Assembly (NCBI GenBank): GCA_965285935.1
Contig: OZ260666.1
Coordinates: forward strand, 49,600,001 to 49,664,000
DNA length: 64,000 bases
DNA from: Ophelia neglecta
Lineage: Eukaryota
Reading direction: 5' to 3'
Under the pieces are notes generated by a model. It did no database searches, had not been told where the DNA came from, and was given only the letters and a program-made list of their open reading frames with translations. The position numbers and the translations under genes were made by a program. Shown piece after piece: positions 36,167 through 48,213 of this stretch (positions within the stretch are counted from its first letter, which is position 1; the number at the start of each line of letters is the position of its first letter).

Positions 36167-38154
36167 CATAATCTACTTCATTTCTGGTTTTACATGTATT
36201 ACATTTTAAAACTATACTTTTTAATTTTTTTGAATGATATATGTCATAATTACTGGCTTCAAAATAATTTGGCCCCATTTATTGGCCATACCGTCTAAAA
36301 TCCACTCTGTGTGTTCCTTTTGTCATAAAACTACTTTCTTTCCTTCTTTCCATTAATGTTAAGTTGCTGTTGACTCTGAGCGGATTTTACATGTCATTGC
36401 ACTCGGACCACCACCTTACCTGACCACAATGGTCTTTGGGGCTGTCGCCTCTCAGACCACTGTTATCAGGTAATGTAGTGTTCTTCGGACGTTATAGGGA
36501 ACGTGAAGGGCTGTGTTAACTGACACAATGAATAGGTTTTTCTATCAGGGGGTGATTTGTACCGTAGCCTGAGGAAGAGTAGGGTGAAACAAGAGGAAAA
36601 GTCATAACTTAGTAAGTTTTACCCAGTCTTGCCGAGCTTAGCCAATTCTAACTATGAATGGCAGTAATGGTTGAGAAAGGTTTAGTGAGAAAGAATAACG
36701 ACGTGGAGTTCTCTGCCACCCGGTTATGCCTTGGAGGTCCGTTTATAATAATCTTCACTACTAGAATGAATAGACCTTTACCTCTTATTTGTTCTTGACT
36801 TCATAATAAGACAGGAATCATAACTTATTATAGAGAGAAAAAATAATGTACATTGCATAAACATGTTATATTTTTATTTCATAATCAAAAGCTAATGAGT
36901 TGTTCACAAATTCATACTGCGCAATTCAAACTATTTACGGATAATAACACATGCAGACCCATAAACATTCGTATTCTAAGTGCAATTGCACAATATATTG
37001 CATGAAAGGTGTTAAAAAGTCCCTGCAATTAGGTTCTAAAAGCGTGAACGGCAAAGCATAATAACGTAGTCTTGTTTACAAAGAGGCGGAAAGTGAGGAG
37101 TTCATGAAAGTAACAATAAAATTATATAGATGTGGTTGTTATGTGTATAAATAAGATATGGAAACATGTTGGGAATAGGAATAAATAAAAATACACGTGA
37201 GCATTCGTGAATGGAATGTGACTTGTCAAAATGTATGAAGGTGATGATTAAACGTTTACGTCAGTCTCATATATTTGGGTGATTAACAAAGGAGGATGTA
37301 TGCTGGTTTTGATTATAGCTACCCTAATTGCATGTTTAATATTTGGTTATAGAAACAAAATTCTTTTTGAAATATCAATTCATTTCCCTTCAGATGGCAG
37401 TGCAATCTATAAACGAATAACCTACCCAGACTACGTTAATAGAGCGGTTAATGAAATATTTTCGTTCTAAAGAGAAACTGGAACGGTCCCACGGTTGATG
37501 AAACAAACTCAGTGAGTAAAATCACGAAGAAAAACATAAATCTAGACATCACACTATGGACCTCAAATATCCAATCCCTGTATGGTGCCTTTCTATAAGA
37601 AAAGCAAATGATAGCCACAATTTATTGCATAAAAAAGCTTTGAATTTGAACTGACTGGCAAACCACTGACACTTCGATCGTTTATTGACAATAACACTTT
37701 CAAGCTACGCTTGAAGTTGTATTAACAACGTGCACATGTTTATTCTCATTAGAAAAACACCGACATCACGTAACACATCCTCTCCATTTCCATGTATATA
37801 TCCTATGTACATGTTCATGGGAGTGTGTATAGGAAAAGAAATGTTTTTTTGGGGGATTCTCTGTGTCGCATATATCCATATGCTCCAATTTATTGGAAAA
37901 CATCGATTTCCAATGTGAAATGCACCGTATTGAAAGTTCATTATCGTTTACAGTGAGTGTGCATATTTGAATATCCTAGCTCACGTGATATTTTAGAGGA
38001 TTTGTTCATAGTCAAGTATCCAAGACTCACTTGATATGAACAAGACACACATCAGGTACTCCTTTCATACCGTAACTAGATGCTAATTAAACTCGAAATC
38101 CAATACACGCCTATGAGACTAAAATTATTAAATGTTTACAAAATCATCTGCCAG

Positions 38155-38330
38155 TTAAACGTGACTATCCCTCGTATAAAATATCAGTACAACCACTAGC
38201 AAGGCGACGACACCTGTGATGATGCCAGCCACGCTGATGAACATTGATATTTTTCCTTTAATGCGTGCTGATTCCCAGTCCCTAGACGCTGACATCCGAG
38301 ATGATATAGCAAAACCCACGGCAAATACAC
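38155..38330 (-). CDS. Dispanin/CD225 family (IFITM/PRRT1/SynDIG-like) membrane protein, last coding exon
   Basis: Acceptor TGTTTTTCAG| (AG at 38332-31), phase 1. Encodes GVFAVGFAISSRMSASRDWESARIKGKISMFISVAGIITGVVALLVVVLIFYTRDSHV*, i.e. the CD225 intracellular loop (..RDWESA.. corresponds to GDxxxA) plus the C-terminal TM helix. Several AATAAA signals lie downstream (e.g. 37889-94). Confidence 0.85.
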
Positions 38331-38517
38331 CTGAAAAACACATACACTTGTGTTACTCCACCTACCATCAATAATAAGAGTTATAAAATATGGTTAGGTT
38401 AATTTTAACATTATCTTGACACTCCAAATATTAAATTAGTTCTAAATCATAAGATTAAAGTGAATGGCGTGAGTATATACACAATAATTTATGATTTTTT
38501 TTAAAAAGTGAACTGAC

Positions 38518-38635
38518 CAAATACAGGATTGCAGAACAAAAGTGTTAAAACGGCCAGACAAACATGACTTTGTGGTCCTGTGCTGGTCGATGAAATAGTC
38601 GTGTGGGCACTCGGTTGCATAACAATCACAGGCAT
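38518..38635 (-). CDS. Dispanin/CD225 family protein, upstream coding exon
   Basis: ACG-ATG (A at -3) MPVIVMQPSAHTTISSTSTGPQSHVCLAVLTLLFCNPVF-G|GTCAGT. A 187-nt phase-1 intron (38331-38517) joins in frame to give 97 aa with the P-x-x-H/Y-x-x-LA-x5-C-x-P-x-G CD225 signature. The true start may lie further upstream. Confidence 0.8.
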
Positions 38636-39079
38636 CGTGGTTGTATATAGCGAGGAACGGCTCCTCGCTTCTTTTCCTGATGTATATCCCAAATCAATAG
38701 ATTAGATTTAATATGTCCATACCTTCTTCTTCCGATAGAGGAGGTGAAAAGGTTTAGTGTATTGTGTGATGCATCAGATGCAGAAAAATCTGTTCTGAAG
38801 AAAAAAGTATAACTATTCAGCTGTTAAAGGCACGATTTTGCAAGTTTATCCTATTGTTTCTGCTATGCCTTCGAGCATTATAAGGTTAATTAAGAAGGGG
38901 GGTGGGGTGGTCAGAAGACAGAAAGAAAAACTCCTTTAACCCTCAGGGAAATGTACGCTGAAATCTCCTTAATAGTTATGTCCTATGCTATGTAGTTAAA
39001 AAAATAAGTGCTGCATCCCCTGTTGGTGCATGGGGCATTTACTTGCTTATAAAACCGAACTAACACCGGACAAGACCAT

Positions 39080-39081
<2 letters not shown>

Positions 39082-39122
<41 letters not shown>

Positions 39123-39136
39123 GATGTCTCTCTCTC
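39082..39136. repeat. (CT)n/(GA)n microsatellite
   Basis: About 19 CT units at 39082-39120 plus a short second run. It lies ~450 bp upstream of the dispanin ATG. Confidence 0.95.
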
Positions 39137-42100
39137 CACCTTGTAACTTACAGGAATAGATCACCTGAAGGATTGCTCTTTAATATATAAGCCGCATTCT
39201 GAAGTCATGATGACCGCCTCCCTTTTTTATCCATTCGGTAAAGGAAAGCCTGAAATTATAGATGTATTATATAATTAACAATAATGTTAGAAATATTGTT
39301 TTCAGGCGCCATATATATAAAATAAAACCTCCTTTTTAAGTTTTTTTTTCTAGCACTTCTTGAATCAAATGTTTCGTTGTTCATATTTATACCAATGCAT
39401 TTATGAATTGTACACTCCAACTGATCAACAAACTTCGACTGATCACCCCCGTTACAAAATATTAATATACATTTCAATTGTTCCCTGACTTTTCATCAAT
39501 AGTTCTTGTGGTAAAAGAAAAAAGTTTATTTACAAACAATAGTCAATTTATCTGCTTCAAAGGAGATCACACAGGAAATCCGGAAAATGGTTCAGAATTT
39601 ATTATGGTAGGTCTCTCTAATGTTAATCATAAGATAAGAGCATAAAGGTGCCTCCGAGTCTGGATTGTCGCACAAAATCACGTTTTTGACCTGCATTTAA
39701 TCTACTAAATATGTACAAGCTGAATAGTTGATGTTAAATTGGTTTGTAGCAGATGCAGATGTCTTTATGGCGTGTGTTATTCTTACATACATCGGTGGAA
39801 TCTTTATCTTATAAGTAGAGGACTTTTTAACCTAACGCCTAGAAAGGGAGGATAGGTCTAGGCCAGAAGTTTGAATTGAATTGTTTGCAAGGAAGTCGGG
39901 ATGTCCGGAAAGCATATTTGGACAGGTGTTCGATAATATTATAGGTATTATTAAAGAAGTACCTAATAGCACGCCGCACACAATACGACATAAAAGGAAT
40001 AATTAAAACGGCTTTGCTTTTTGTCTATTGTTTTCTTTACAGCGACAGCGTTTTGGAATTCCTCTTCTACTTTACGATACAAATTGGATAATTTTGGTTT
40101 TTGTGAACATGTCGCACCTGAAACAAAACGCGTAGGAACAATGATATCTAAACCTGCCCTCCTTTACCTTCAAAATAAACAATTTTTTTTTCTTATCCAA
40201 AGCGGAAGTAAGGGCTATGTATTATCCGAACAGGAAGTGAGAACTATGCCGGCCATCCACTCATTTTATTCCGAATAGTGATAAGTTATCAATAATCCCA
40301 AACCGTGCATATGCATTTTGAATTATATGATAATTGAAAAAAAAAACACTTTATCCAGCAAAAAACATAATTAGTTTAATGCATCTAACCCCTTAATGAA
40401 CACGGTAAAACATTGATACAAAATCTCATATCAGGCAGCTAATACCTATCTGAAACAGGTATACAGCACCACTTTCTTTCTGGCCGGAACCCCATTGCAC
40501 AGTGTTCTTCCTATCTATGTACATTCTTGGGCATAAAAAACGTACAAATTATGGCTGTATTCCGTTATATCCCAGGGTCGAGTGCTTTAGCAAGGGTTTT
40601 ATCAAAGGAGTTGCTGGATCTTCTACTAAATTAGGACCACCGACATCGCAGACCAAGCTTAACTGCAAGACGTCTTTCGAACCAGAGAGACGTGCCAATT
40701 ATATGCATGAATGATGAGAGTTGAACCTCGGGGTCTTGTTGCTGGCTAATAACGTTAATATACCATACATCAGCATGGTATTTCAACCATGCAATACTTT
40801 CCCCTCCTTATCCAATTGCTGCGGTAAATAACCGCCTCAATGCAATATGAAGGATTCTAAGCAATGAATAACTATGATTTAGGGCCATTTATGTTACAGT
40901 TTGTTTCTTTTGGGTTTTAACTGACTTCACATCATATTCGATTCTGATTTGTCTGACAGTAATCAGAATCTTTTTTGACCATGGAAAATCAACGGTTGTT
41001 TTTGTATATGCCGACACGTTCAAATAAACGAATCATGTGGCCCTCGCTAAGTTTAACTGGCAGTTATAGTTGGATACAGTTATTTACACACGCGTTAAAT
41101 CACTGTGGCTTATAATATCCTGTCTTTAGTGATGGAAGAAGAAACAAAACAGGAGTTTCTTTCGTTATCTTATTAAATGAAACGATGATACATTCTGACA
41201 TTTAAAGTGAATATGCATGGGACAAAGGAAGGCAGCATAGGTCCCCCATTAAGTACAGAAAGCTCTGTACTATCTGCCATTTACAGTAGAAAACCAGGCA
41301 TCAAATAGGCGAAAACAATGTACTTTAAATATATTACCCCGGTAGTAAGGAAGTAAACTAATAGGTAAAACAGTGATTTCACTACTCTATAAAAAGGAGT
41401 GGCGGCTGAGAGATTATGGAAACATTGCATTTTCTAATGCATTGATGAAGAGTCATAGTGACCAAATAGGTAGAAATTTGTATTATTATAAATAACTTGA
41501 TATACATGGAAACAATTGCGGATCCGTCACAATTTCGTACACGTTATAGCCTCCAGTTACACCACAGCATTATTCATCATGTCCATTACAAAAGGGTTGT
41601 GATGCGGCGCACTTCCTCCAACGCCCAACTCATATACAATACGGATAACCCACGAAAAACCACGCCATGTGCAATATACAACTGAGAATTGTAAACAACT
41701 GCCTTAAGCTCTGCTATTGCTTTCAGTTGAATGTCCACCAGTGTGATATACAGGGCCCTAACTACCACCTCCTAACAGCAGATTTCTTTTAATTAAATAC
41801 TTGTTTTCTTATTTATTTTTACTGAGCTTTCTCTTTTTCAGAAATACATGTTTTGGTCGTATTTCTAGAGCTTCTACTTTCTCTCAAGATAGACATTTCT
41901 CAGGTTAAAATTGTGAATTATATCATTAATGTATATATCCAACTTACTTATACGATAAAAACAACTAGGGCCATTCCTGGTCTGCCCTATCATACATTCT
42001 TTGTCGAATCCCAAGTATAAAAATGAGTCTATCGCTAACCCATTGTTAAAATCAAACATGACCAGAACCGAAAAAAAATATATGAGTATGATACCTGACC

Positions 42101-43380
42101 AAGATTGTCCCCCATTTTCATCCATACCCTTCGGCATATTATAAAAAATACCCGGTAGGCAGTCTGTCATTTCCCATTTCCAAAATATTAAGCCAATATT
42201 TTACAAATTTAAGGACAGTGAATATACATTGGTTCACGTTCGCGATCAGCCAATACAGCTATTGTCGGAGTCTGTGGTGGAACATATTTATAATTCTTTC
42301 AATAGCCTCAATCTGCCATGCCTGCATCCTAACTCCAAATCTTGGCGCCATAGGCAAGTATTGGTAGGACATCAAATAAATCAAAGTCGATGTAGGACCG
42401 TTAACAACCGAGCAGGGTTTATTGATAGTCGGTTTATCGAGAAAGTATTATCTGTTTTGTTGGCTACAAGAAGTGTATTCCTTCTTTAATGCAACTCGTC
42501 TAAGTTAATATTAGTCTCGAAAAAGAGGACTTGGGTTAAGGTGGCAATCCTCCTTTATTGCTGCATATAATAACAATGAACGAATTATAATAAATGACAT
42601 GGTTCAATAAGGAAAACTTAATATTAATACTTACACAGTAAGGAAACGTTCTATGAGTAGATATAATAATGTACGATGTTACCGTCCTTTTTTCGGCACT
42701 CATTCCCTTAATTTAAATGTTGCTTTTCATTTAGCTTCTAACACAAATAAAAACCTTTATTAGGCTTGACTAATGAAGGTATTGGCTTATCGTCAATGGT
42801 TATGCGCAACACATTTTTTTACTGGCAACAATTAATCGATTATGTTTCGAGTTTACGTGTCGCACCTAAGATTTTCCAGTATCGCCTGTGTCAGGCTATG
42901 AACCGTCAACGGTCTTTATAGGGCTCGACGAGCTTAACACTTTGTATTGTCGGTATTTGGTCCCTAGGCTATATGGTGGTTGGAGGAAAATTTGATCAAC
43001 GCTAGATCGAGGGAAAACTGAAACGTGGCTGTACTCTAAAATACCTTCCTGGAGTAGTTATTCTTATTAAGGCATCATTCAACCTTGTTTGACATTCATA
43101 AGAGAGCTTTTGTAGTCCAGAGCGTGGTCATTATGGACTCCCCTAAGAGCACATTTCATATATGACCTACGTCGACTGCTGATTCGTTTGTTTTGTGGTC
43201 GGACTCGCATCATGAAAACAGATGATCTCATTCTCATTGCATGTTAAAGGCCTAATTAACTTTCTCACTAAACTTTTGTCCTTGCACCAACACTTGATAT
43301 ATATATATATCAAATATAATTTTATTGTTGACGAGCTTATATAGCTGACTGACAGCAGGTGAACTGGAATTTGGTGCTTC

Positions 43381-43598
43381 CGGACCAGCAGCTTACAGTT
43401 CCAGTTGATTTCGTACCGATATAATAAGCTTTTCATGATTTGATTGTCTGCCTGGTATCCACTATTGTTTCTTGCATTCTCAATATGGACCTAGTTGTAC
43501 AAAAAACGGGATTGGATACCCGGCAGCCAAGACAACTCATAAATCAAGAATATTGCATTGAACCAGTCTAAAATCATCAGGAGCCACCAGTCCAAGGC
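43381..43598. repeat. Local dispersed repeat, copies 3 (+) and 4 (-) in inverted arrangement
   Basis: GGACCAGCAGCTTACAGTTCCAGTTGATT...CTGCCTGGTATCCACT (43382-463), then AAAAAACGGGATTGGATACCCGGCAG...AATCATCAGGAGCCACCAGTCC (43501-594), which is the reverse complement of the consensus. Confidence 0.6.
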
Positions 43599-45342
43599 AT
43601 AAGAATACTTGAATTGGGAAATATAATGAAACCAATATAATATGTACCATCTCAGTATATTTACAATTGGAACTGAAAATAATAACTAGAAATTAAAGCA
43701 AGTTGACATATTCATGGGGGTTCAACCAAACTGGTTCATACCAAACTATTGCCCTCCTTATAGGTCTTTGTGGTGAAAGGAGCAGAAGAGACTTCATGCC
43801 ACCAATAAGTTTCACACTTGGCCATTATCAAATCTTGGCAAGTTACACAAAGTTTGAGGAAGAAGAGAAAAATACAAGCGTTTTCCGAATACGTTTTATA
43901 ATTGGAATAAAGACATACCAAAATTGACAATATCACTAATTGGTTAAAGCAAGCATGAACCCAGATTAAACTTACGCATTCCCCTAGAAATTAAATGTGA
44001 AATGCTCAGTCGGCACATACTCTGATATGAATAGTGTCTCCGGTAGTACTTAGCAATGTGAAGAATTAAAAGCGTATTCTTACATTTAAGATTGGCTGTC
44101 TAGTGTCTCCCCATGCAATCTTGTTACGTACTTTCATCTCGCTCTTATAGTGTTTAAAAACCTACTTCTCTAACCGTTCGAGTTGCTGTTGCCTGCGGAA
44201 GCACCATACTTTACAGCAGATACAGTGTCAATCCTTTCTTAATTAGACTTAAATTCTTTCTACTTTCTTGAAGAGTACAGCTAATTGAGATGATGTTTTG
44301 AGATGAATAAAATTTGGATAGGCTCTATTGAACGGGGCAACCAATTCCTTCGACAGAAGAAATTAATGGTAAGCGTAGACATTCAAAGTAAACATACACA
44401 TACACACTGTGATGGGATTTGTCTTTCTACATAAATTTTCTATATACAACAGAAATAATTTGTCCATAAACTGGTGTAAAAACACTCCTAGTCAAGGTAA
44501 CTGTGTTGCAATGACATAGCTAATTATCGACACTAGTCAACTACATAGGATGCTGTCGTGATTATATCGGTAGATGAACCTCATATCGAAGCTCTCCTTA
44601 GGGATTGCCTTCTATCTGAAAACTGTTGCTCGAACTTTACAGATTGGCCAGATTTGAGCACACAGTTTCAAGCCATTAATTAATCCATGTCAGCGGTCGT
44701 CAAGAATACCACAAACGTCCAGTCTATATGCAGATCGCCACCGCCCGGGGACAATTTACAGTAATATTATCAGCTGTTTTTACATGAACCGGCAATCTAT
44801 TTTTTTGCTGTTGTACGTGATACGTCTGTGATGGCGTGGGCAGCTTCCGGTGTAGTATGACCGGGCCTCTTTTTCTGTATAAAGTGCAACCGGCTCACCT
44901 GCATAGACCGGGTCAACTCTTAAATAAACCCATACCTTATGCCCAACTTCCTTACTTGTTGCCACATTGTCCCAATATTGTAAAGGTAGGCCTAGCACTG
45001 TTGCTGACATATATTGAATTATAGTTGTAATAAGATAAACTTTGACCTTCTCAGAGTGCTGATTGTATACTTCGTTTCTGTTGAGAAAATAACGTGTATT
45101 TAAATAATGATTCTTTCCGTTGTATTTTGGCCAGGTTCCCGCAGTAAAGTACGTCTATATAGATATTGGCAAACTTGGAAACTATCTACTGTGCACATTC
45201 GGCAGTCTCCGATGGCACATTTTGAGCAAAGTGAAATGAGCAGGTGATGGAAAAGGTTGCGTTTGACAAATACAGATTTATTGACACGGAGCCATGTCCT
45301 TGTTTGGGAGCTGGAGATTGGTGCATTGATGTTCGTACGTGT

Positions 45343-45436
45343 GCGGGCCTGTGGCTGCTGGTTCCAGATGATTAAATGAACTATTCTTAATCAATAAATC
45401 TTGATTTGTCTGCCGGATATTCACGCCTTTTTACAT
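45343..45436 (+). repeat. Local ~100-bp dispersed repeat, copy 5
   Basis: GGGCCTGTGGCTGCTGGTTCCAGATG...CTGCCGGATATTCACGCCTTTTTAC; the closest match is copy 2. Confidence 0.7.
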
Positions 45437-45626
45437 AAAATCTTTAGTAATATCTGGGTAAAGTTTACTTGGAAGCGCAGCTGCAGTTAGGGCCCATATT
45501 CAATAGCTGAAGTTGATTGCACTGTTTCGCCGATCAATTCTCAATCCTTTTTTCAGTACGGTATGACGTTTCCTGTACACATATTTATGTGCAACAGCAA
45601 TTTTGCTCTGATTCAATGTTTAAGTA

Positions 45627-45810
45627 CAATGATACCTGTCTAATCAGGTCAGGCAAGGAATTTGAAGAAAAAAAACTGCTCACATTATGTAGGTGACCTT
45701 AAAAGGCAGGTCAGTTTACATAGGTATACACGGGAATTGGTAAATCATTTAAGAACCTTAGTGAACAGGTGACCTTATTACACAGGTGACCACTTACACA
45801 GGTTTAACTG
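45627..45810. mobile_element. pogo/Tigger-like MITE (184 bp, degenerate left TIR)
   Basis: TA|CAATGATACCTGTCTA versus reverse complement of right end CAGTTAAACCTGTGTA|TA (12/16). Internal repeated CAGGTGACC/CAGGTCA motifs. Confidence 0.7.
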
Positions 45811-46960
45811 TAATATCACTGTCTGACGCTCAGTTCGCAGTCAGATTTTTGTTTGCCAGTGTTACTGGTTCCGGGACAAAATGGAACAAATTCTGCTCCA
45901 TACATTTAATAAGGCACCGCGATTGAACACCTGAGCTGAAATATGTCACGGCTGCTACTTGGTACATGTATATGTTCAGAAAGAAAAATCATTTACAGGA
46001 TTACAGGGCGGTATTTAGAATGTTTCTGGCATATCCAATTCACGTGACAAAAATAATTAATAAATATTGAGACTAATTATCTGTAATGGTGTGTCAAGGT
46101 GTCTCGGTTTTGAATCAGTTGGCGAAAACAAATGGACATCTGTAATCAAGAATATTAATAATAAATGGTTTTGTACCCTAATCGTCCGTTATGATACTAA
46201 ATCTCCATGAAAATATGGTCCAATTGATCGTGCGAATGCCGATACTTCCACAAATGTTAGTGTGTGCATTAGCGGTGGCCCGGGTTTACTGAATCATGCG
46301 CACTGAACCGTTTCATAACCTGTTTGTTTGATTTATGCACCCAACTTGACTCAAGTGAGCAGCATGTGCTCAAATCAATTATGTATTGGAATTACAACTT
46401 AAAGATAACACTTTCCCATACCTTTGGTTTTTTATTTTTTGTCTGCCAGCTTAATGTGTTAACCAACCCAAACCAGACCCAGAAAATAGATAAAAACAAT
46501 ATAAGATGAATTGTTGTGTCGTGTGCCCATCAAGGGCTTATGGAGCTTTTCCAGAAATTCTTTCCTTGAGGTGAGGAAGGGAGGCGTATGTTTTATGTCC
46601 AGGGGTGGGGGATAATTTCCTCTTTCTTCGACTGGGTCTGATGACAGTATTGTGTCCTTAACCGGGAGCGGATGGATTCAGATATAAGTTGCATCCCAAC
46701 CGTCTCTTTGGGATAATCTCTTTGCAGACTCGAAAGCGACATGCACGTCACGGTCAGTAAATTTTCAATTGGCCATTGTTGTGGACCCTCTTTCCTAGCT
46801 GTACCTTTTTTCCGTCAGGTTGGTTAATGGAAGGCACTTTTCTATCGGAAACTTGACTTTGAGATATTGACTGGTGACCCGTGAATGTACACAGGAAGCA
46901 AGCAAAATGGGCACGAACGGACATAATCATGCGAAAGACTGACAGCAAACTACGACCCCC

Positions 46961-47012
46961 GGGGGTTGGGGGGTGAGCTGGGTAGAGCGGGTTGGGGTGG
47001 GGGGGGGGAGGG
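46961..47012 (+). other. G-quadruplex-capable G-rich tract
   Basis: Seven runs of 3 or more G with 1-6 nt loops within 52 bp. Confidence 0.6.
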
Positions 47013-47574
47013 CACTTGCCTGTGAAATGTGTGCGGGAGTTCTGCGGAGCCTCCAGTGGTGGACAAGGGGCTTGATTTGTGCGAGAAAAAACAATAACCA
47101 TATAGGCCCAGCTGATATTTTCCATGAAACTAACATCCAAAGTAACTTGCTTTTCTTGTAGGCCATTTAGAGCAAATTAAACAGTTTGAGAGAGAGTTTT
47201 ACCTGAAAAATGACCGTATCGATCGTGTCTAACCGAAGCTGATATACATCATAAGTCCATGCTAGTAAATGTATCACCCAATGTAGTGGAGTTTACCTTG
47301 ACAAGGGGGCCGGGGGGGGGGTCCACCTTCCCTAACCCACCATATATGACAGTCGCCCCTCATTCCCATCAATCCCTCATTGGTTTCACACTTCACTCTT
47401 TGCACCTAAATTCACATCAAATCAAGTCGCAATCAGAAAATCTTCGATCTATCCATTAAGGTAAGTTTAACCTATGTCTTTACCTTTCTCTTTAAGGTAC
47501 TTCCAAAATGAACACCTAAGAACTTGATTGCCCGTGATTCAGAGAGTTTGCGAGTTCAAGGGACCAAACATCTT

Positions 47575-47720
47575 TCCCTTAACTCTTAATTCAGATATGC
47601 CCTTATATTTACAGACACCCTCTCATATTAATCACATGGCAGGAACAAAACCCCCTTTAATTCAAAATGCCCTTAACTTAAAGATACCCTTTATTCAAAG
47701 ATGCCTTTAATTCACAGATG
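47575..47720. repeat. Degenerate ~18-bp tandem repeat (CCCTTTAATTCAAAGATG)
   Basis: ccctttaattcaaaatg / cccttaacttaaagata / ccctttattcaaagatg / cctttaattcacagatg. Confidence 0.6.
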
Positions 47721-48056
47721 CACACAATGACTGTATGTATGAACACTAAGTTCTGAGGTCTTTGTTGTTGCCTTTTCAAACGTTTACATCTATTCACTTC
47801 TTTGCACCATAGCATGTTAGGTATCTGCTCTTTTAGACAATTCGTGTAATCCGTATTTGTCGGTCGTTGTGTGAGCCAAACTGACAAGGAGAATAATGGA
47901 TTCTGGGCAGACAAACAGCCTATTAGTTCACAGCCATGTTTGTCAAAGAACAAGAACGACCAAAAAGACAAGCCAAGAGCAACTTATGTTATGTCGCCTG
48001 AAGTGTGACAAGAAGGGTTTATACTTAAAAAACCTTTTAAGTTGATTTATCAAATC

Positions 48057-48213
48057 TCATACTCGATACTCGAAATTTAGTACACATAACTCGAATATTC
48101 TTACTCAATAATCGAGCTTTCGTACTCGATACTCGAAATTTCGTACTCCAAACTCGAATTTCATACTCGAAATTCGAGCTTTCGAACTCGATACTCGAAA
48201 TTTCAAACTCGAG
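48057..48213. repeat. TCGA-rich minisatellite (21-22-bp units with higher-order ~63-bp period)
   Basis: ACTCGATACTCGAAATTT recurs at ~48061, ~48124 and ~48187, with two variant units between each. Confidence 0.8.

Noticed and set aside
44780-45010. 76-aa ORF with faint myosin-head-like wording (LYTEK..Y..G..P.H)
   Set aside because: The key NPY and PPH motifs are absent and there are no supporting neighbouring exons.
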